DNA from: a virus
Lineage: Duplodnaviria > Caudoviricetes
Length of the DNA: 50,550 nucleotides
Virus record (IMG/VR): IMGVR_UViG_3300027719_000008
Span: 1-50,550 of that record
Strand: one strand, 5' to 3'
Part shown: positions 30,771-40,874 of the stretch, piece after piece
Position numbering within the stretch: the stretch's first letter is position 1
Layout: each line of letters starts with the position of its first letter
The notes under the pieces: generated by a model
The model's database searches: none
Told to the model about the DNA's origin: nothing
What the model saw: the letters and a program-made list of their open reading frames with translations, nothing else
Translations under genes and position numbers: made by a program

Positions 30771-31157
30771 ATGACCATGGCCAATGATATGCCGAAGAAC
30801 GAGATGCCAAAGAACGTGGACCAAGGGCCGGTGATCTTTGCCTACCGGACGGGCGCGAAGCATGACGTGATGGTGCGCGCGGTCCCGAAAGGCGAGATGC
30901 CGCAGCCGGACGACTTCGTGACGTTCACGCATGGCTATCTGGAGACGAGCGATCCCAAGGTGATTGCCGCGCTCCGGGCGCACAAGTCCAACGAAAAGAA
31001 CAACACGAAGAAGCCGCAGAGCCGTTGCTTCCGCGAACTGAGCGACATCGACGCGCGGATTCTGCGGGAAAAGATTCGTACCAGCCGCCTGCCGTCCCGT
31101 CTCCACCTGCGGCAGCTTGGCGTTCTCAATGGAGAGTTTCAGAGTCTGGAGGATTAA
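30771..31157 (+). CDS. Hypothetical protein
   Basis: SD-led ORF; FTHGYLETSDP. Confidence 0.65.
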   Translation: MTMANDMPKNEMPKNVDQGPVIFAYRTGAKHDVMVRAVPKGEMPQPDDFVTFTHGYLETSDPKVIAALRAHKSNEKNNTKKPQSRCFRELSDIDARILREKIRTSRLPSRLHLRQLGVLNGEFQSLED

Positions 31158-31160
31158 CCG

Positions 31161-31784
31161 ATGGCAACATTCGCGTCATTGCGTTCTCAGCTTCTGGGCA
31201 TGGAAGGACATGACCGTTCCGATATGGCCTCGCTGACGCTGGACGCGAACCTGGCGCTCAACGCCGCCTATCGGGAACTCTGCCATATGCAGCCGTGGTG
31301 GTTTACCGAACAAACTGAAACCATTACTGCGGCAGGTGGTTACCTGATTCTGTCTCCAACGACAATCCATGTCCGCGATGTCTACGATGCCGACGGCAGC
31401 CGTGTCGTGCATCGGACGCGCGGGGGGCAGATTCGATGGGCGGACAACCTGTCGTATCTGGAGACAACCTCGTGGGCGATTGCCGGATACGATACGGGCA
31501 CCAATGCCATGCGGTTACATCTTGAACCCGCGACCGCAGGTGTGTATACTGTCCTGTCAGCGTTCATGCCGACGGAGATGGCGGCAGACTCCGATGTTCC
31601 GCTCGGGCCTCCGCTGGTTGGGGATTTCATCCTGTGGTCAGCACGGCAGGATCGCTTGAAGCGGGATGAAGAGCGGCAGTATCTGGACATGACGGCGCAG
31701 CAGTACCGGCAGCAATACCTCAACGAATTGAAGCACATGCACGCGAAGTTGTCGCGAGAAGATGGGCCGTTCTTTGCGAGGTGA
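31161..31784 (+). CDS. Head-tail adaptor / tail tubular protein A-like
   Basis: MATFASLR...LNAAYRELCHMQPWWF...DSDVPL; position. Confidence 0.7.
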   Translation: MATFASLRSQLLGMEGHDRSDMASLTLDANLALNAAYRELCHMQPWWFTEQTETITAAGGYLILSPTTIHVRDVYDADGSRVVHRTRGGQIRWADNLSYLETTSWAIAGYDTGTNAMRLHLEPATAGVYTVLSAFMPTEMAADSDVPLGPPLVGDFILWSARQDRLKRDEERQYLDMTAQQYRQQYLNELKHMHAKLSREDGPFFAR

Positions 31785-31786
31785 GC

Positions 31787-34138
31787 ATGTCAACCGAAAA
31801 CCCCGAAGAACCTGACATCCGGCAAGCGCGCTTCGGTGGGATCAACAAAGCCCTGCCGATGTACAATGTTCCGTTGGGGATTTTCCCTGACGCGCGGAAC
31901 ATGGTCACGTATGCCCGTGAAGGGTATATGGAGACGCGACCGGGGTATCAGGTGGCCTCGCCACGGGTGGAGGTCGATCCCTTCGCCATGCTTGGCGGCG
32001 TGGAGGGTGGCCTCGTGATCGTCGTTCCGGGTGATCCGACCGACGAGGACTTGGAAGGCGACTTCGTGATGTCGGTGGAGGACTCCAACTCTACCATCAT
32101 GTATTACAAGACCGGCAAGTGGTATGGGTACGACCCAAGCGCCACGATGATTCAGGCGACGGGAAGCCTCCTGTTCACGACGTATGGCGGCGACGACCTC
32201 GGCATTGAAGCCGACGAGTATACATGGCACCATTACGTCCTCTGGGGCACCGGCGACCATACCACAACCACGGATGTCACCTATACCGATCAGGCGGCCT
32301 CCAAGACGCTCACCTTCATCCTGCCGCCGGACGATTCCTTGGGGTCGTATGGCACGCTCGTCTCGTCATGGGACCGGGGCGACGGCACGATTCTCAACGT
32401 CTACTACTACGGCACGGCCACCATCACAGCGTCGGGCGTCGATACGAACGACGACACACGCACCGTCTCGAAAACGTTTGCCATCCTCTACTTCCCCGGC
32501 AGCGTTGGGGGTGGTGGCGGAGGTGGCGGTGGCGGCACTGAGGAGGACGAGACGGAGCCGGAGGACGAAGAAGAGGACGACGACGATACAGACGATGGGG
32601 ATGACGGCGAGGATGGCGACGACGGGGATGATACCGACGAACCGACCATCTCGATCATCACGCCGCCGACCATTACGCCGCCCGACTCGCCGCCGATTGT
32701 CCCGCCGGACGATCCTGATGAACCCGATGAACCGGGGGGTGGCGACGACGAGGACATCAAGACCGACAAGATTCAGTTGATTGTGACGGCTCCGGAGACG
32801 GTCCAGCACAACGGCTACTTCTCCTTCACGGTGACGGCGAAGAATCTCAAGACGGGCATGATGGTGGCGCTGCCGGGCGTTCCGACATTGCGCGCCTATC
32901 TGCCGACGGATTACATGCCGGGGTTGAAAACGTCCAGCACCTATTACACCGAAGCCCGTTATCTGATCGACACCGCCGCAGCGACAGGGGTGTTCAGCAA
33001 CGGAAACACCGTCTGGACGATGACGAATGCGCGGTTCAACCTGCCGGAGACGCCGGACGATTCGTATGACCTCGTGACGAACGTGCGCGCGGTCATCTCG
33101 GCGACGATCCTTGGCAATAAGAATTACCTCCAAGGCGGCACCATGACGAATGTGGTGCGCCCGATTCCGACGCTTTCCGTCAATCTTCACACGCTGGACC
33201 TGGATGGACTGGATGGCCGCGAGTATGTCGGCTTCACCGGCACGAATGCCTACTCCTCCACGATCATGCTGTGGGTCACGCAGACGGCGATGGCAGGCGT
33301 GGGCGGAACGTTCATCCCGTTCGACATCGTGCTGTATGCCGCGTCGATGGTGGGGGCATCCGCAACGATGACGTGGGGCAAAGCCTGCCCCGGCCCGACA
33401 TGGGTGGAAGGATCGAGCGTGTCACTGGGCAGTACCGCCAGCGGATACCCGTCGATTCCGTCTGCTGTCTTTGAGTCGGGCGACGGCGTGGCCCTCGTCA
33501 AGCTGACAGTGGCATGGAGCGGCACGGCGGCAGATCCGGACAATGGCATCTGGCCGTGGTATGTCGATGACAATTGGACGGGCTTTGAAGTGTTCGCCAT
33601 GCTGCCGTCCTATCTGGAGCAGAATCGCGCAAGCCTGAGCAATGACGCCTTCAGCGTGACCAAACAGACATCCTCCGGGGTGGCGTTTGCCAGTGCGCGC
33701 CAAATCCTTCTGGGGATGCAGTATGCGAAGGTTGGCCTCCCGGACGATTACGTGAGCGTGGACGAGGATTTCTATCAGGAATACGTGTGCGCATCCGGAC
33801 AGACGTGGGCTGTGGATGCCGTCCTGTATGACCCGGATCATGAAGTCTCGCGGCGCATTACGGGCGGCTTCACCGTGGTCGGCGGCACGGACACCTATGC
33901 CATGACCGCTGGCGTCATCAATGACACGGCGACTCCGGCGATTGCGATCCCGTCCGGCGAATGGCTGCAATCTGACGACTTGGACGAGGACTTGGTAACG
34001 CCGCGCTTGGGCGACCGCGACTTGTATATCTACGGGTATGCGCCGGGGAAGTGCTTGGCGACGACCTATGACCTCTATCGCGAATGCGGTGCAACAGACG
34101 TTGACAAATACGACACGTACCGCGAGTGCGCCGGATAA
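31787..34138 (+). CDS. Tail protein with nozzle-like N-terminal peptide, acidic/Gly/Pro linker and beta-rich domains
   Basis: FGGINK...DARNM...GYMETRPG; poly-Gly and D/E tract at about 32505-32760. Confidence 0.6.
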   Translation: MSTENPEEPDIRQARFGGINKALPMYNVPLGIFPDARNMVTYAREGYMETRPGYQVASPRVEVDPFAMLGGVEGGLVIVVPGDPTDEDLEGDFVMSVEDSNSTIMYYKTGKWYGYDPSATMIQATGSLLFTTYGGDDLGIEADEYTWHHYVLWGTGDHTTTTDVTYTDQAASKTLTFILPPDDSLGSYGTLVSSWDRGDGTILNVYYYGTATITASGVDTNDDTRTVSKTFAILYFPGSVGGGGGGGGGGTEEDETEPEDEEEDDDDTDDGDDGEDGDDGDDTDEPTISIITPPTITPPDSPPIVPPDDPDEPDEPGGGDDEDIKTDKIQLIVTAPETVQHNGYFSFTVTAKNLKTGMMVALPGVPTLRAYLPTDYMPGLKTSSTYYTEARYLIDTAAATGVFSNGNTVWTMTNARFNLPETPDDSYDLVTNVRAVISATILGNKNYLQGGTMTNVVRPIPTLSVNLHTLDLDGLDGREYVGFTGTNAYSSTIMLWVTQTAMAGVGGTFIPFDIVLYAASMVGASATMTWGKACPGPTWVEGSSVSLGSTASGYPSIPSAVFESGDGVALVKLTVAWSGTAADPDNGIWPWYVDDNWTGFEVFAMLPSYLEQNRASLSNDAFSVTKQTSSGVAFASARQILLGMQYAKVGLPDDYVSVDEDFYQEYVCASGQTWAVDAVLYDPDHEVSRRITGGFTVVGGTDTYAMTAGVINDTATPAIAIPSGEWLQSDDLDEDLVTPRLGDRDLYIYGYAPGKCLATTYDLYRECGATDVDKYDTYRECAG

Positions 34139-34147
34139 GGAGCCGCC

Positions 34148-35091
34148 ATGAGTGCTGAGATAAAAATCACCGCGCAGACCACGCCTCCAGCCGTCGTCAA
34201 GGTGAACGGGAAATGCTATTCGCTGGCGCAAGCGGCGGTTCCGGGTAAGCCTGATACGGCCATTAGCGATATCACCAATACCTATGCGACGTGCGCAGCG
34301 TGTCTTGCATCGGGAAGCGTTCCCGCAACGTGTCCGTGCAGTACGTCGTGGGGCACGTTCCCGTGTGGCGGCGATGGTGAGAATATCCTTGGCGTCTATG
34401 ATATTACTATTGCGGATGCCGTCTCGACCGCCGCCTACACGCATATCTCGACCGACGTTGCAGAGATTTCGAATATCAGCTATTATGCCGCAACGCCGTG
34501 CTTCTGGTTTTTTAACGGTGTTGCTGATCTTCGCGTTCCGGATACGGATATGCGGGTTGACGAGATGGCCATCCAATTGGTCGGCTCGTCCTATTGGTTG
34601 TTTGCCATTACATCCGGCGCCACCCATGGCATATGGGTCAAGCGCGATGGTGACAATCCGGACGGAACATACACGCTCTGGCCAAACGGAACGGAAGAAC
34701 CGACGACGCATTATACGTCAACTATTATCTCCCCGACCACGATGGAGATTTCAGCGCCATGATCGACATTGATTTCGTATGCCAATTCATGCTGCGTGAT
34801 CCGAACCGCAAGACGGTCGGATGCCTGCGCCAAGTCTTTGGCCCATTCCCAAACATTGCGACGTGCGCGCGTGACTGTCGCGGCAATCCGGACGCGATGC
34901 AGGCGAAGCAAGCCAGTGCCGCGAAGATTGCAGCCCTTCCGCGATGTGAGTTTCTGGACCTCAAGACCGGCGAATGCGATGATCCAGAATTGACGACCGA
35001 GCAATGCGTCCAGTTGAAGGGCTACACATGCCGACACTTCGTGCAGAAGCAAGTCATTCCGTGCGCAGCCTGCGGCGATAAAGGAGCCTGA
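34148..35091 (+). CDS. Two Cys-rich hypothetical proteins (34148..34762; 34759..35091)
   Basis: SD-led, coupled ORFs in tail region. Confidence 0.65.
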
Positions 35092-35093
35092 GG

Positions 35094-37016
35094 ATGGCAA
35101 CTCCTGAGACGGTCTTTGAGCAGATTCCGGAAGCGTGTGTCGTGGATAACACGCTCTATCTCATTGCCAATCATGAGATGGTCAAGTCTGTCGCCGGTGC
35201 GCGCTATCCGTGGGGCGTTCCGATCAGCAAAGTCAACCTCGCCTATTCGTCTTGCACGACAGGCGGCAGCATGGTCCGGGGCCGCTATAAGCTGTGCGCC
35301 GTCCCGGAGAACATGCTTGGCCGTATCGGGAACCCGTACAAGACGGATGCCAATTTCATCCCTCTCACGGTGCAAACGCAGGTCTATACGACCGCTGCCA
35401 CCAACATCAAGATTGTCGTGACGGTGCCAACGCATCCCGATAGCCAGGTCAAACGCTGGCTCATGTACCGGACCAAGGTGGATGAACTCGGCCCGTACTA
35501 CTATGCCGGAGAGGTGGACGAGGGCACCACGACGTTCACGTTTGACGACGGGGATGACGCGCTGCCGCTCAACGACTTCCTTGATGGCCCGTACAGCGAC
35601 GACGATTCCACGTTGGCGGGACCATTCATCTATGGCCGTCCGCCTGTGCATAGCTATATGCTCCATGCCTACGGCGACACGATGTTTGTGTTCGGCGCGC
35701 GCCCGTACCGGAAGGGGCTGGCAACAGTCACGGTCGGCTCCACGCTCGTTACGTTCTCGGAAGCGATCATCGACGGTGGCGGGAATACGGCCACGGTCAC
35801 AGCCAACACGACGCTTGGTATCAAGTGGACATCCGGCCTCGTCCAGCAGCGGCCCCCGCAGATCATCACGCCGGATGTGAGCCAACGCTTTCTGGGGCAT
35901 CGCTTCAAGCTGGATGACTCCGGCCTCTCCTACACCATCGCCAGCGTCGTGAGTAAGAACAGCGTGCGCCTGAATACCGCGTACCTGGCGGAACAGAACC
36001 AAGCGGCTGGCACCACAATCACGGGCGCCTATACCATTGTTGCGAATCAGAACATCGTCTGCCCCTCGCGTCCGGGGGAGATGGAATACTTCTGCCCTGC
36101 CGAGCAATTCTCCATCGGCGAAAGCACGGGAACAACGCTCCGTGGCGGCATCAGCTATGCCGGGGATGCGCTCCTGTTCACCGAGAAAACCATCTACCGT
36201 GTCGTCAAGGGCGTCAATCCCGGCACGCACGAAGTCTACGAAACGCTCTCGAACTATGGCACCATCGCGCATCGCAGCATCTGTCAGACGCCGCGCGGCA
36301 TTGCGTTCTTCACCGGGGATCACATTGCGATCTACTCCAACCAAGTCTCCACGCTGATCTCCGAACCCTTGGGCGATCTCCTCAAGAACAGCAACCCAGA
36401 CCTCAAGGAATGGGTGATGTGTAAGGTGGTGGACAACCGCCTCTACGTGGCGTTCGCAGCCGAGGATTCCGTCTACATGGACTCCATCGTGGTGTTCGAT
36501 TTCAATACCGGCGCGTGGGACCGGTGGGACGGCTTGCAGATCGTCAACATGCAGTGCATCACGAGCAAGAAAGGACAGAACCGCCTGCACATTCAGGTGC
36601 CCGTCGGCAATGACGGCTATGCCGCGCACTACTTCACGCCGAATGCGTTCAACGACGGCTTCGGAAGCGTCTATCTGGGCGGCACCGTCCAGAATGCCAC
36701 GGCGACAACCCTGACCACGACGGGCACGTTCCCGACGGTCGGCTCGCACGGATGGGACTTGCGCGGGATGCGCGTCAAGATTCGCGAAGGCGTGGCCGCT
36801 GACGAGAAGCGCCGGATCATCGCCAACACCTCCAACAGCCTGACGGTCGGCGTGCCGTGGGATACCGTCCCGGCGGTCGGCGACGAGTATACCGTGGGCC
36901 AGATCGAAAGCTACTTCCGGACAGGGCGGCAATCGTTCCCGGACCCGCAGACCGAACATGTGATGAAGGACGCGGAGATGCGTATCTCCTACGTCTCGCT
37001 CAAAACCACGCCGTAA
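35094..37016 (+). CDS. Tail nozzle / tubular protein B (P22 gp10-like) core
   Basis: LLFTEKTIYRV, YGTIAHRSI, ISEPL, FDFNTGAW, IESYFRTG. Confidence 0.7.
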   Translation: MATPETVFEQIPEACVVDNTLYLIANHEMVKSVAGARYPWGVPISKVNLAYSSCTTGGSMVRGRYKLCAVPENMLGRIGNPYKTDANFIPLTVQTQVYTTAATNIKIVVTVPTHPDSQVKRWLMYRTKVDELGPYYYAGEVDEGTTTFTFDDGDDALPLNDFLDGPYSDDDSTLAGPFIYGRPPVHSYMLHAYGDTMFVFGARPYRKGLATVTVGSTLVTFSEAIIDGGGNTATVTANTTLGIKWTSGLVQQRPPQIITPDVSQRFLGHRFKLDDSGLSYTIASVVSKNSVRLNTAYLAEQNQAAGTTITGAYTIVANQNIVCPSRPGEMEYFCPAEQFSIGESTGTTLRGGISYAGDALLFTEKTIYRVVKGVNPGTHEVYETLSNYGTIAHRSICQTPRGIAFFTGDHIAIYSNQVSTLISEPLGDLLKNSNPDLKEWVMCKVVDNRLYVAFAAEDSVYMDSIVVFDFNTGAWDRWDGLQIVNMQCITSKKGQNRLHIQVPVGNDGYAAHYFTPNAFNDGFGSVYLGGTVQNATATTLTTTGTFPTVGSHGWDLRGMRVKIREGVAADEKRRIIANTSNSLTVGVPWDTVPAVGDEYTVGQIESYFRTGRQSFPDPQTEHVMKDAEMRISYVSLKTTP

Positions 37017-37022
37017 GAAAGG

Positions 37023-37430
37023 ATGCCTGACATGGATGCGTTGTTGAGTAACCCGAATGTGATGGACATGATTCTCAGTGTGGTGGCGATGGTCATCTCC
37101 CTTGGGTGGGCGTGGATTCGCCGGAACGAGAAACTCCAGAACGCCACGCTCCAAAAGGCGATGGACTGCATTGCGGCTGGCGTGCAGGCGTCGTATGACG
37201 ACTATGTGCGTTCCATCAAGGATGCCAGCGCCGACGGCAAGCTGACCGACGAGGAGCGCAAGACGGCCCGTGACATCGCCATGAATCGCGCCATTGCCTA
37301 TGCCAAGAATCAGGGTGTCGATCTCCTGAAAGTGATCGGGGCCGACCTCCTGCCGATGTTCATGGAACGCTACATCCTCAAAATGAAGGGTGCCAGCGCC
37401 GACGTGATCGAACCGGAAATCCTGAAATGA
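37023..37430 (+). CDS. Holin-like protein
   Basis: Single N-terminal TM (MILSVVAMVISLGWAWI), DGKLT..E...A. Confidence 0.65.
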   Translation: MPDMDALLSNPNVMDMILSVVAMVISLGWAWIRRNEKLQNATLQKAMDCIAAGVQASYDDYVRSIKDASADGKLTDEERKTARDIAMNRAIAYAKNQGVDLLKVIGADLLPMFMERYILKMKGASADVIEPEILK

Positions 37431-37564
37431 AGTGGCTCTACGGAATCCTGCAAGCGGTCATCGGAAGTCTCCTTGACTTCTGGTGGAAGAAGAAGGAGGA
37501 GAGCCATGAAGCTGTTCGTATGGCTGATAGCCGTGACACTCTTGATGACGGCGAGCGGTTGTAG
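37427..37564 (+). CDS. Short inner-spanin-like membrane protein (45 aa, not in ORF track)
   Basis: MKWLYGILQAVIGSLLDFWWKKKEES...; overlaps downstream lipoprotein. Confidence 0.45.
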   Translation: MKWLYGILQAVIGSLLDFWWKKKEESHEAVRMADSRDTLDDGERL

Positions 37565-37769
37565 TGATCTGATCGGCATGTTCCGCGCGAAGAAGCTCTA
37601 TGTCGGCGCGGGGCAGTATGCGGAGATTGCAAAGCCCATCAAGATTCCGGTATGGATCACCAACGGAGACACCGGCAAGAAGGAACACCGCATCGTCGAG
37701 GCCCAGGCAGGGTGGCTCGTCGGGCGGCAAAAAGGCGACCCGAAAACCGTTGCAAGCGGGGATCGGTAA
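37506..37769 (+). CDS. Lipoprotein, outer-spanin-like
   Basis: Signal peptide with lipobox ASG-C; GGAGGAG SD. Confidence 0.6.
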   Translation: MKLFVWLIAVTLLMTASGCSDLIGMFRAKKLYVGAGQYAEIAKPIKIPVWITNGDTGKKEHRIVEAQAGWLVGRQKGDPKTVASGDR

Positions 37770-37793
37770 TATCTCAAGGAAGGAGGCGGCATC

Positions 37794-38054
37794 ATGGCAG
37801 ACGACGGCACCTGCCCGTCACACGGGCGACTGACACAGCAGCTTGATCGCATCGAGGAGAAATTGGATTCCTTCAACGACCGGCTCACGGCTGGCTCAGT
37901 GATGTTCGAGAACCATGAAGGTCGCATCCGATCCTGTGAGGCGCGCGCAACCGCCGATGGACTCAAAGCGAACGACTGGCGCAAGGCTGGCATCGACATC
38001 ATCAAGGTCATCGGGCTGGCTGGACTCAGCATCGCGTTGGGGATGAAGTTATGA
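37794..38054 (+). CDS. Coiled-coil protein with C-terminal TM (XhlA-like)
   Basis: LDRIEEKLD...HEGRIRSCE, hydrophobic C-terminus. Confidence 0.6.
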   Translation: MADDGTCPSHGRLTQQLDRIEEKLDSFNDRLTAGSVMFENHEGRIRSCEARATADGLKANDWRKAGIDIIKVIGLAGLSIALGMKL

Positions 38055-38195
38055 TCTGCCGCAAGTGCAGCCGCCCACTGACCGCCACGGAAGTCTATCA
38101 CTACGGCGACTTGTGCGCGTCCTGCATCTTTGTCGGCTACCACCAAAATGAATGCTACTGGAAGAATAAGTATCACCATGAAAAGGAGCAGCGTG

Positions 38196-38702
38196 ATGGC
38201 ATCCGGAACGCTCACCCTGACCCAGATCACCACCACGGGCACGATCCTCGTTGAGTTTACCGGCGCGGCGACGTTTGCGACCGGCATCCTGAACGTCGAG
38301 AATACCCGCACCGGCGTCGTCGCGACTTCGGCGGTGGTCAACGGTGCCAACACCATCACGGTGGACGGTGGCACGCGCTATGCCATCTACGTCGAAAGCT
38401 ATGATGTGACACCGGCATTCCTTGGGGTGAGCAACCATCTTATTATTACGACGCCCTCTATGATGAACGGAACCGCATGGCCGGTCATTGAGACGGAATG
38501 GCGGACGGATCGCATTACCGAATGGCAGTCGGTCCTCTCGTCGCTCTCGGATGAAGATCGCGTGACGCTGGCCGTCAACAGTCGCGGCTATTGGTACCAG
38601 CAGCGAACGCGATGCACGGAACAGAATGCTCGGCTTGTGGTGCATGGCTTGAAGCTGAACATGCGCATCAAGGGACGTGGCGAGGAGGCGCGAAGTGCCT
38701 AA
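38196..38702 (+). CDS. Tail protein whose C-terminus resembles a nozzle C-terminal segment
   Basis: AAGGAG SD; RVTLAVNSRGYWYQQR...LVVHGL. Confidence 0.55.
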   Translation: MASGTLTLTQITTTGTILVEFTGAATFATGILNVENTRTGVVATSAVVNGANTITVDGGTRYAIYVESYDVTPAFLGVSNHLIITTPSMMNGTAWPVIETEWRTDRITEWQSVLSSLSDEDRVTLAVNSRGYWYQQRTRCTEQNARLVVHGLKLNMRIKGRGEEARSA

Positions 38703-38991
38703 GGGATTCAACGTCGAGAATCAACAACTGAATGATTGGCTGAATCGCATCGAGCGCGATGTGCATTCCAGCAATGCCAGCATTCAGACGATCCGGACGA
38801 CATTGACATCCGTGGAAGGCGAAGTCGGCGCGCTGGAGGAGGAGGTTGGCATCGTCTCCTCGTATCTCGGCACAGTGAATATCGACGGGGGTTCCCCGGA
38901 AGCAATCTACCTGGCGACACAGCACATTGACGGCGGCGCTCCGGATGATGTCTATACGTCCGGGCAGTCTCTTGACGGAGGAACACCATAA
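38695..38991 (+). CDS. Small tail-associated protein with DGG repeats
   Basis: LNDWLNRIE; three (I/L)DGG motifs; GAGGAGG SD. Confidence 0.6.
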   Translation: MPKGFNVENQQLNDWLNRIERDVHSSNASIQTIRTTLTSVEGEVGALEEEVGIVSSYLGTVNIDGGSPEAIYLATQHIDGGAPDDVYTSGQSLDGGTP

Positions 38992-40874
38992 TGGCCCAGC
39001 AGATTCAATGGCGTCGAGGAACTGCCGCAGCGTGGACCGCAGCCGATCCGATCCTGGCCGACGGTGAGGCAGGGTATGAAACCGACACGGCGATGTTCAA
39101 GCTCGGTGACGGCACGACCGTCTGGAGCGCGCTGCCATACTCGGCCACGAGCGGTGCGGCATCCGGCATCACGTTCAGCAATACCGCGAGCGGACTGGAA
39201 GCCGACAATGTGCAGGAAGCTATCGACGAGCTTGTTGCCGTCCCGAAGTTTTCAGCCGGATGTGTGACAGAGCCGACCTACACCAAGACAAGCGATTCGC
39301 TGATTACGGTCGATGCGGTTACGGTCTATCTGTATAAGACGACGGACTTTTCTGGTGGCATTTATCAGTATACGCTCGCATCAAAAGCCTTGGCGATGAC
39401 GGATAACGTGACGAATTATATCGTCGCCAAATACAATGCCGGGACGCCAACGCTGGCGGTAACGACATCGGTTTCCGACATCAACGAAAGCGATGTGATT
39501 CCGGTCTTTACGATCCCACGTACCGGATCATACTGGCATGTCGTTCCGTGGGATACGTTGGGGCTTGGCGCGGTGTCGAAACTGCATTACGCCGAAGTGA
39601 AAACGGATCGGTATCGTCGCGAATACGGACTGGCGTTTGCTGTCAATAGCAGCTTGCAAGTCTCTGTTGACGCCGGAAGGGTATGGATCGCAGCCAATGC
39701 GGTGACTGTTGATGCGGCATCCAGTGCAACGGATACCATGTTCTTCTGCTACCACAGCAGCAGCGCATGGACCTATAGCATTGTGACGACGCTCAATAAT
39801 ACACAATACGACAACGGAACAGGGCTGGCCACGCTGACGGCAAATCGGTATGCCGTGAACTGGATCTATCGTGGCGTCGAAACACAGAAGCACATTTATG
39901 TGACGCTTGGGACGGGTGACTACACGCTGACCGAGGCACAGGAAGCGCAGCCTCCGTCTCCGCCTGACCTTATTTCCAGCCATGCCGTATTGATTGGCAA
40001 GGTCATTTACCAGAAGTCGAGCAGCACGTATTACAGCCTCCAGTCAGCGTTTGACACGGCGTTCGTAACGGCTGGCGTGACGGATCATGGCGACTTGACG
40101 GGACTCACGGAAACAGCCGTCCATCCTGCCGCGTCGATCAGTGTCGATGCCAGCGGATTCACCGGCAACCTCTCCGCGTCGGATACGGACGTGCAGACGG
40201 CGCTCGAAACCATCGACGCGATGACATCCGGCTCATTCTCGCTCTGGGCGGATGTTGCCAGCGTGACGCGGACGGATAGCAATACGTTCGCCAAGGCTGG
40301 ACTGGAAAGCGTCCTGCCCGTCGGAACGCACGTTCGATCCTACAGCGGCACCACGCGCCCCGTTACAACGTCAACAGACTGGAAGCATCATTACGTTATT
40401 TCCGTTGGAACGGACGCCGTGGATGTGATCGGTGAAGAGATTCCGACCGGCGGGACAACGCTGTTTGTGGAGTATTCGACGGACATTGCATCGACGATGA
40501 AGTTAGAACTTAGAACGCTTGGTGGGGCGTGGGCGGCTGAAACAAGTACAGGGTTGGTAAACAATCCTGCTTTCAATGGACATACCATCGTTTGGTCGGA
40601 GCCGACTGCGCGCTTGATTGGAGCAATGCAGATTAAAAGTGTGACCGATGATACCGGGGCGGCGCAACCGACGATCATGCCAACGGCAGGCGGAACTGAT
40701 TTGCTTGGCGGCGCTGTAACTGTTGTTGATTCGTCCTATGCTAATACCGGCGTCATCGCGTCCGGGCAAGCCGTAAGTAACGGGGAAGTGATTGACGTTG
40801 ATTGTGAGTCAACCGGGACGAACGCCGTGAGTTTTGGTATGCGAATCCAATTCCTGATTGCGAGGCACATCTAA
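38991..40874 (+). CDS. Tail fibre with Mtd-type N-terminal domain
   Basis: QIQWRRGTAAAWTAADPILADGEAGYETDT..FKLGDG...WSALPY; NVQEAIDEL / DVQTALETI repeats. Confidence 0.85.
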   Translation: MAQQIQWRRGTAAAWTAADPILADGEAGYETDTAMFKLGDGTTVWSALPYSATSGAASGITFSNTASGLEADNVQEAIDELVAVPKFSAGCVTEPTYTKTSDSLITVDAVTVYLYKTTDFSGGIYQYTLASKALAMTDNVTNYIVAKYNAGTPTLAVTTSVSDINESDVIPVFTIPRTGSYWHVVPWDTLGLGAVSKLHYAEVKTDRYRREYGLAFAVNSSLQVSVDAGRVWIAANAVTVDAASSATDTMFFCYHSSSAWTYSIVTTLNNTQYDNGTGLATLTANRYAVNWIYRGVETQKHIYVTLGTGDYTLTEAQEAQPPSPPDLISSHAVLIGKVIYQKSSSTYYSLQSAFDTAFVTAGVTDHGDLTGLTETAVHPAASISVDASGFTGNLSASDTDVQTALETIDAMTSGSFSLWADVASVTRTDSNTFAKAGLESVLPVGTHVRSYSGTTRPVTTSTDWKHHYVISVGTDAVDVIGEEIPTGGTTLFVEYSTDIASTMKLELRTLGGAWAAETSTGLVNNPAFNGHTIVWSEPTARLIGAMQIKSVTDDTGAAQPTIMPTAGGTDLLGGAVTVVDSSYANTGVIASGQAVSNGEVIDVDCESTGTNAVSFGMRIQFLIARHI

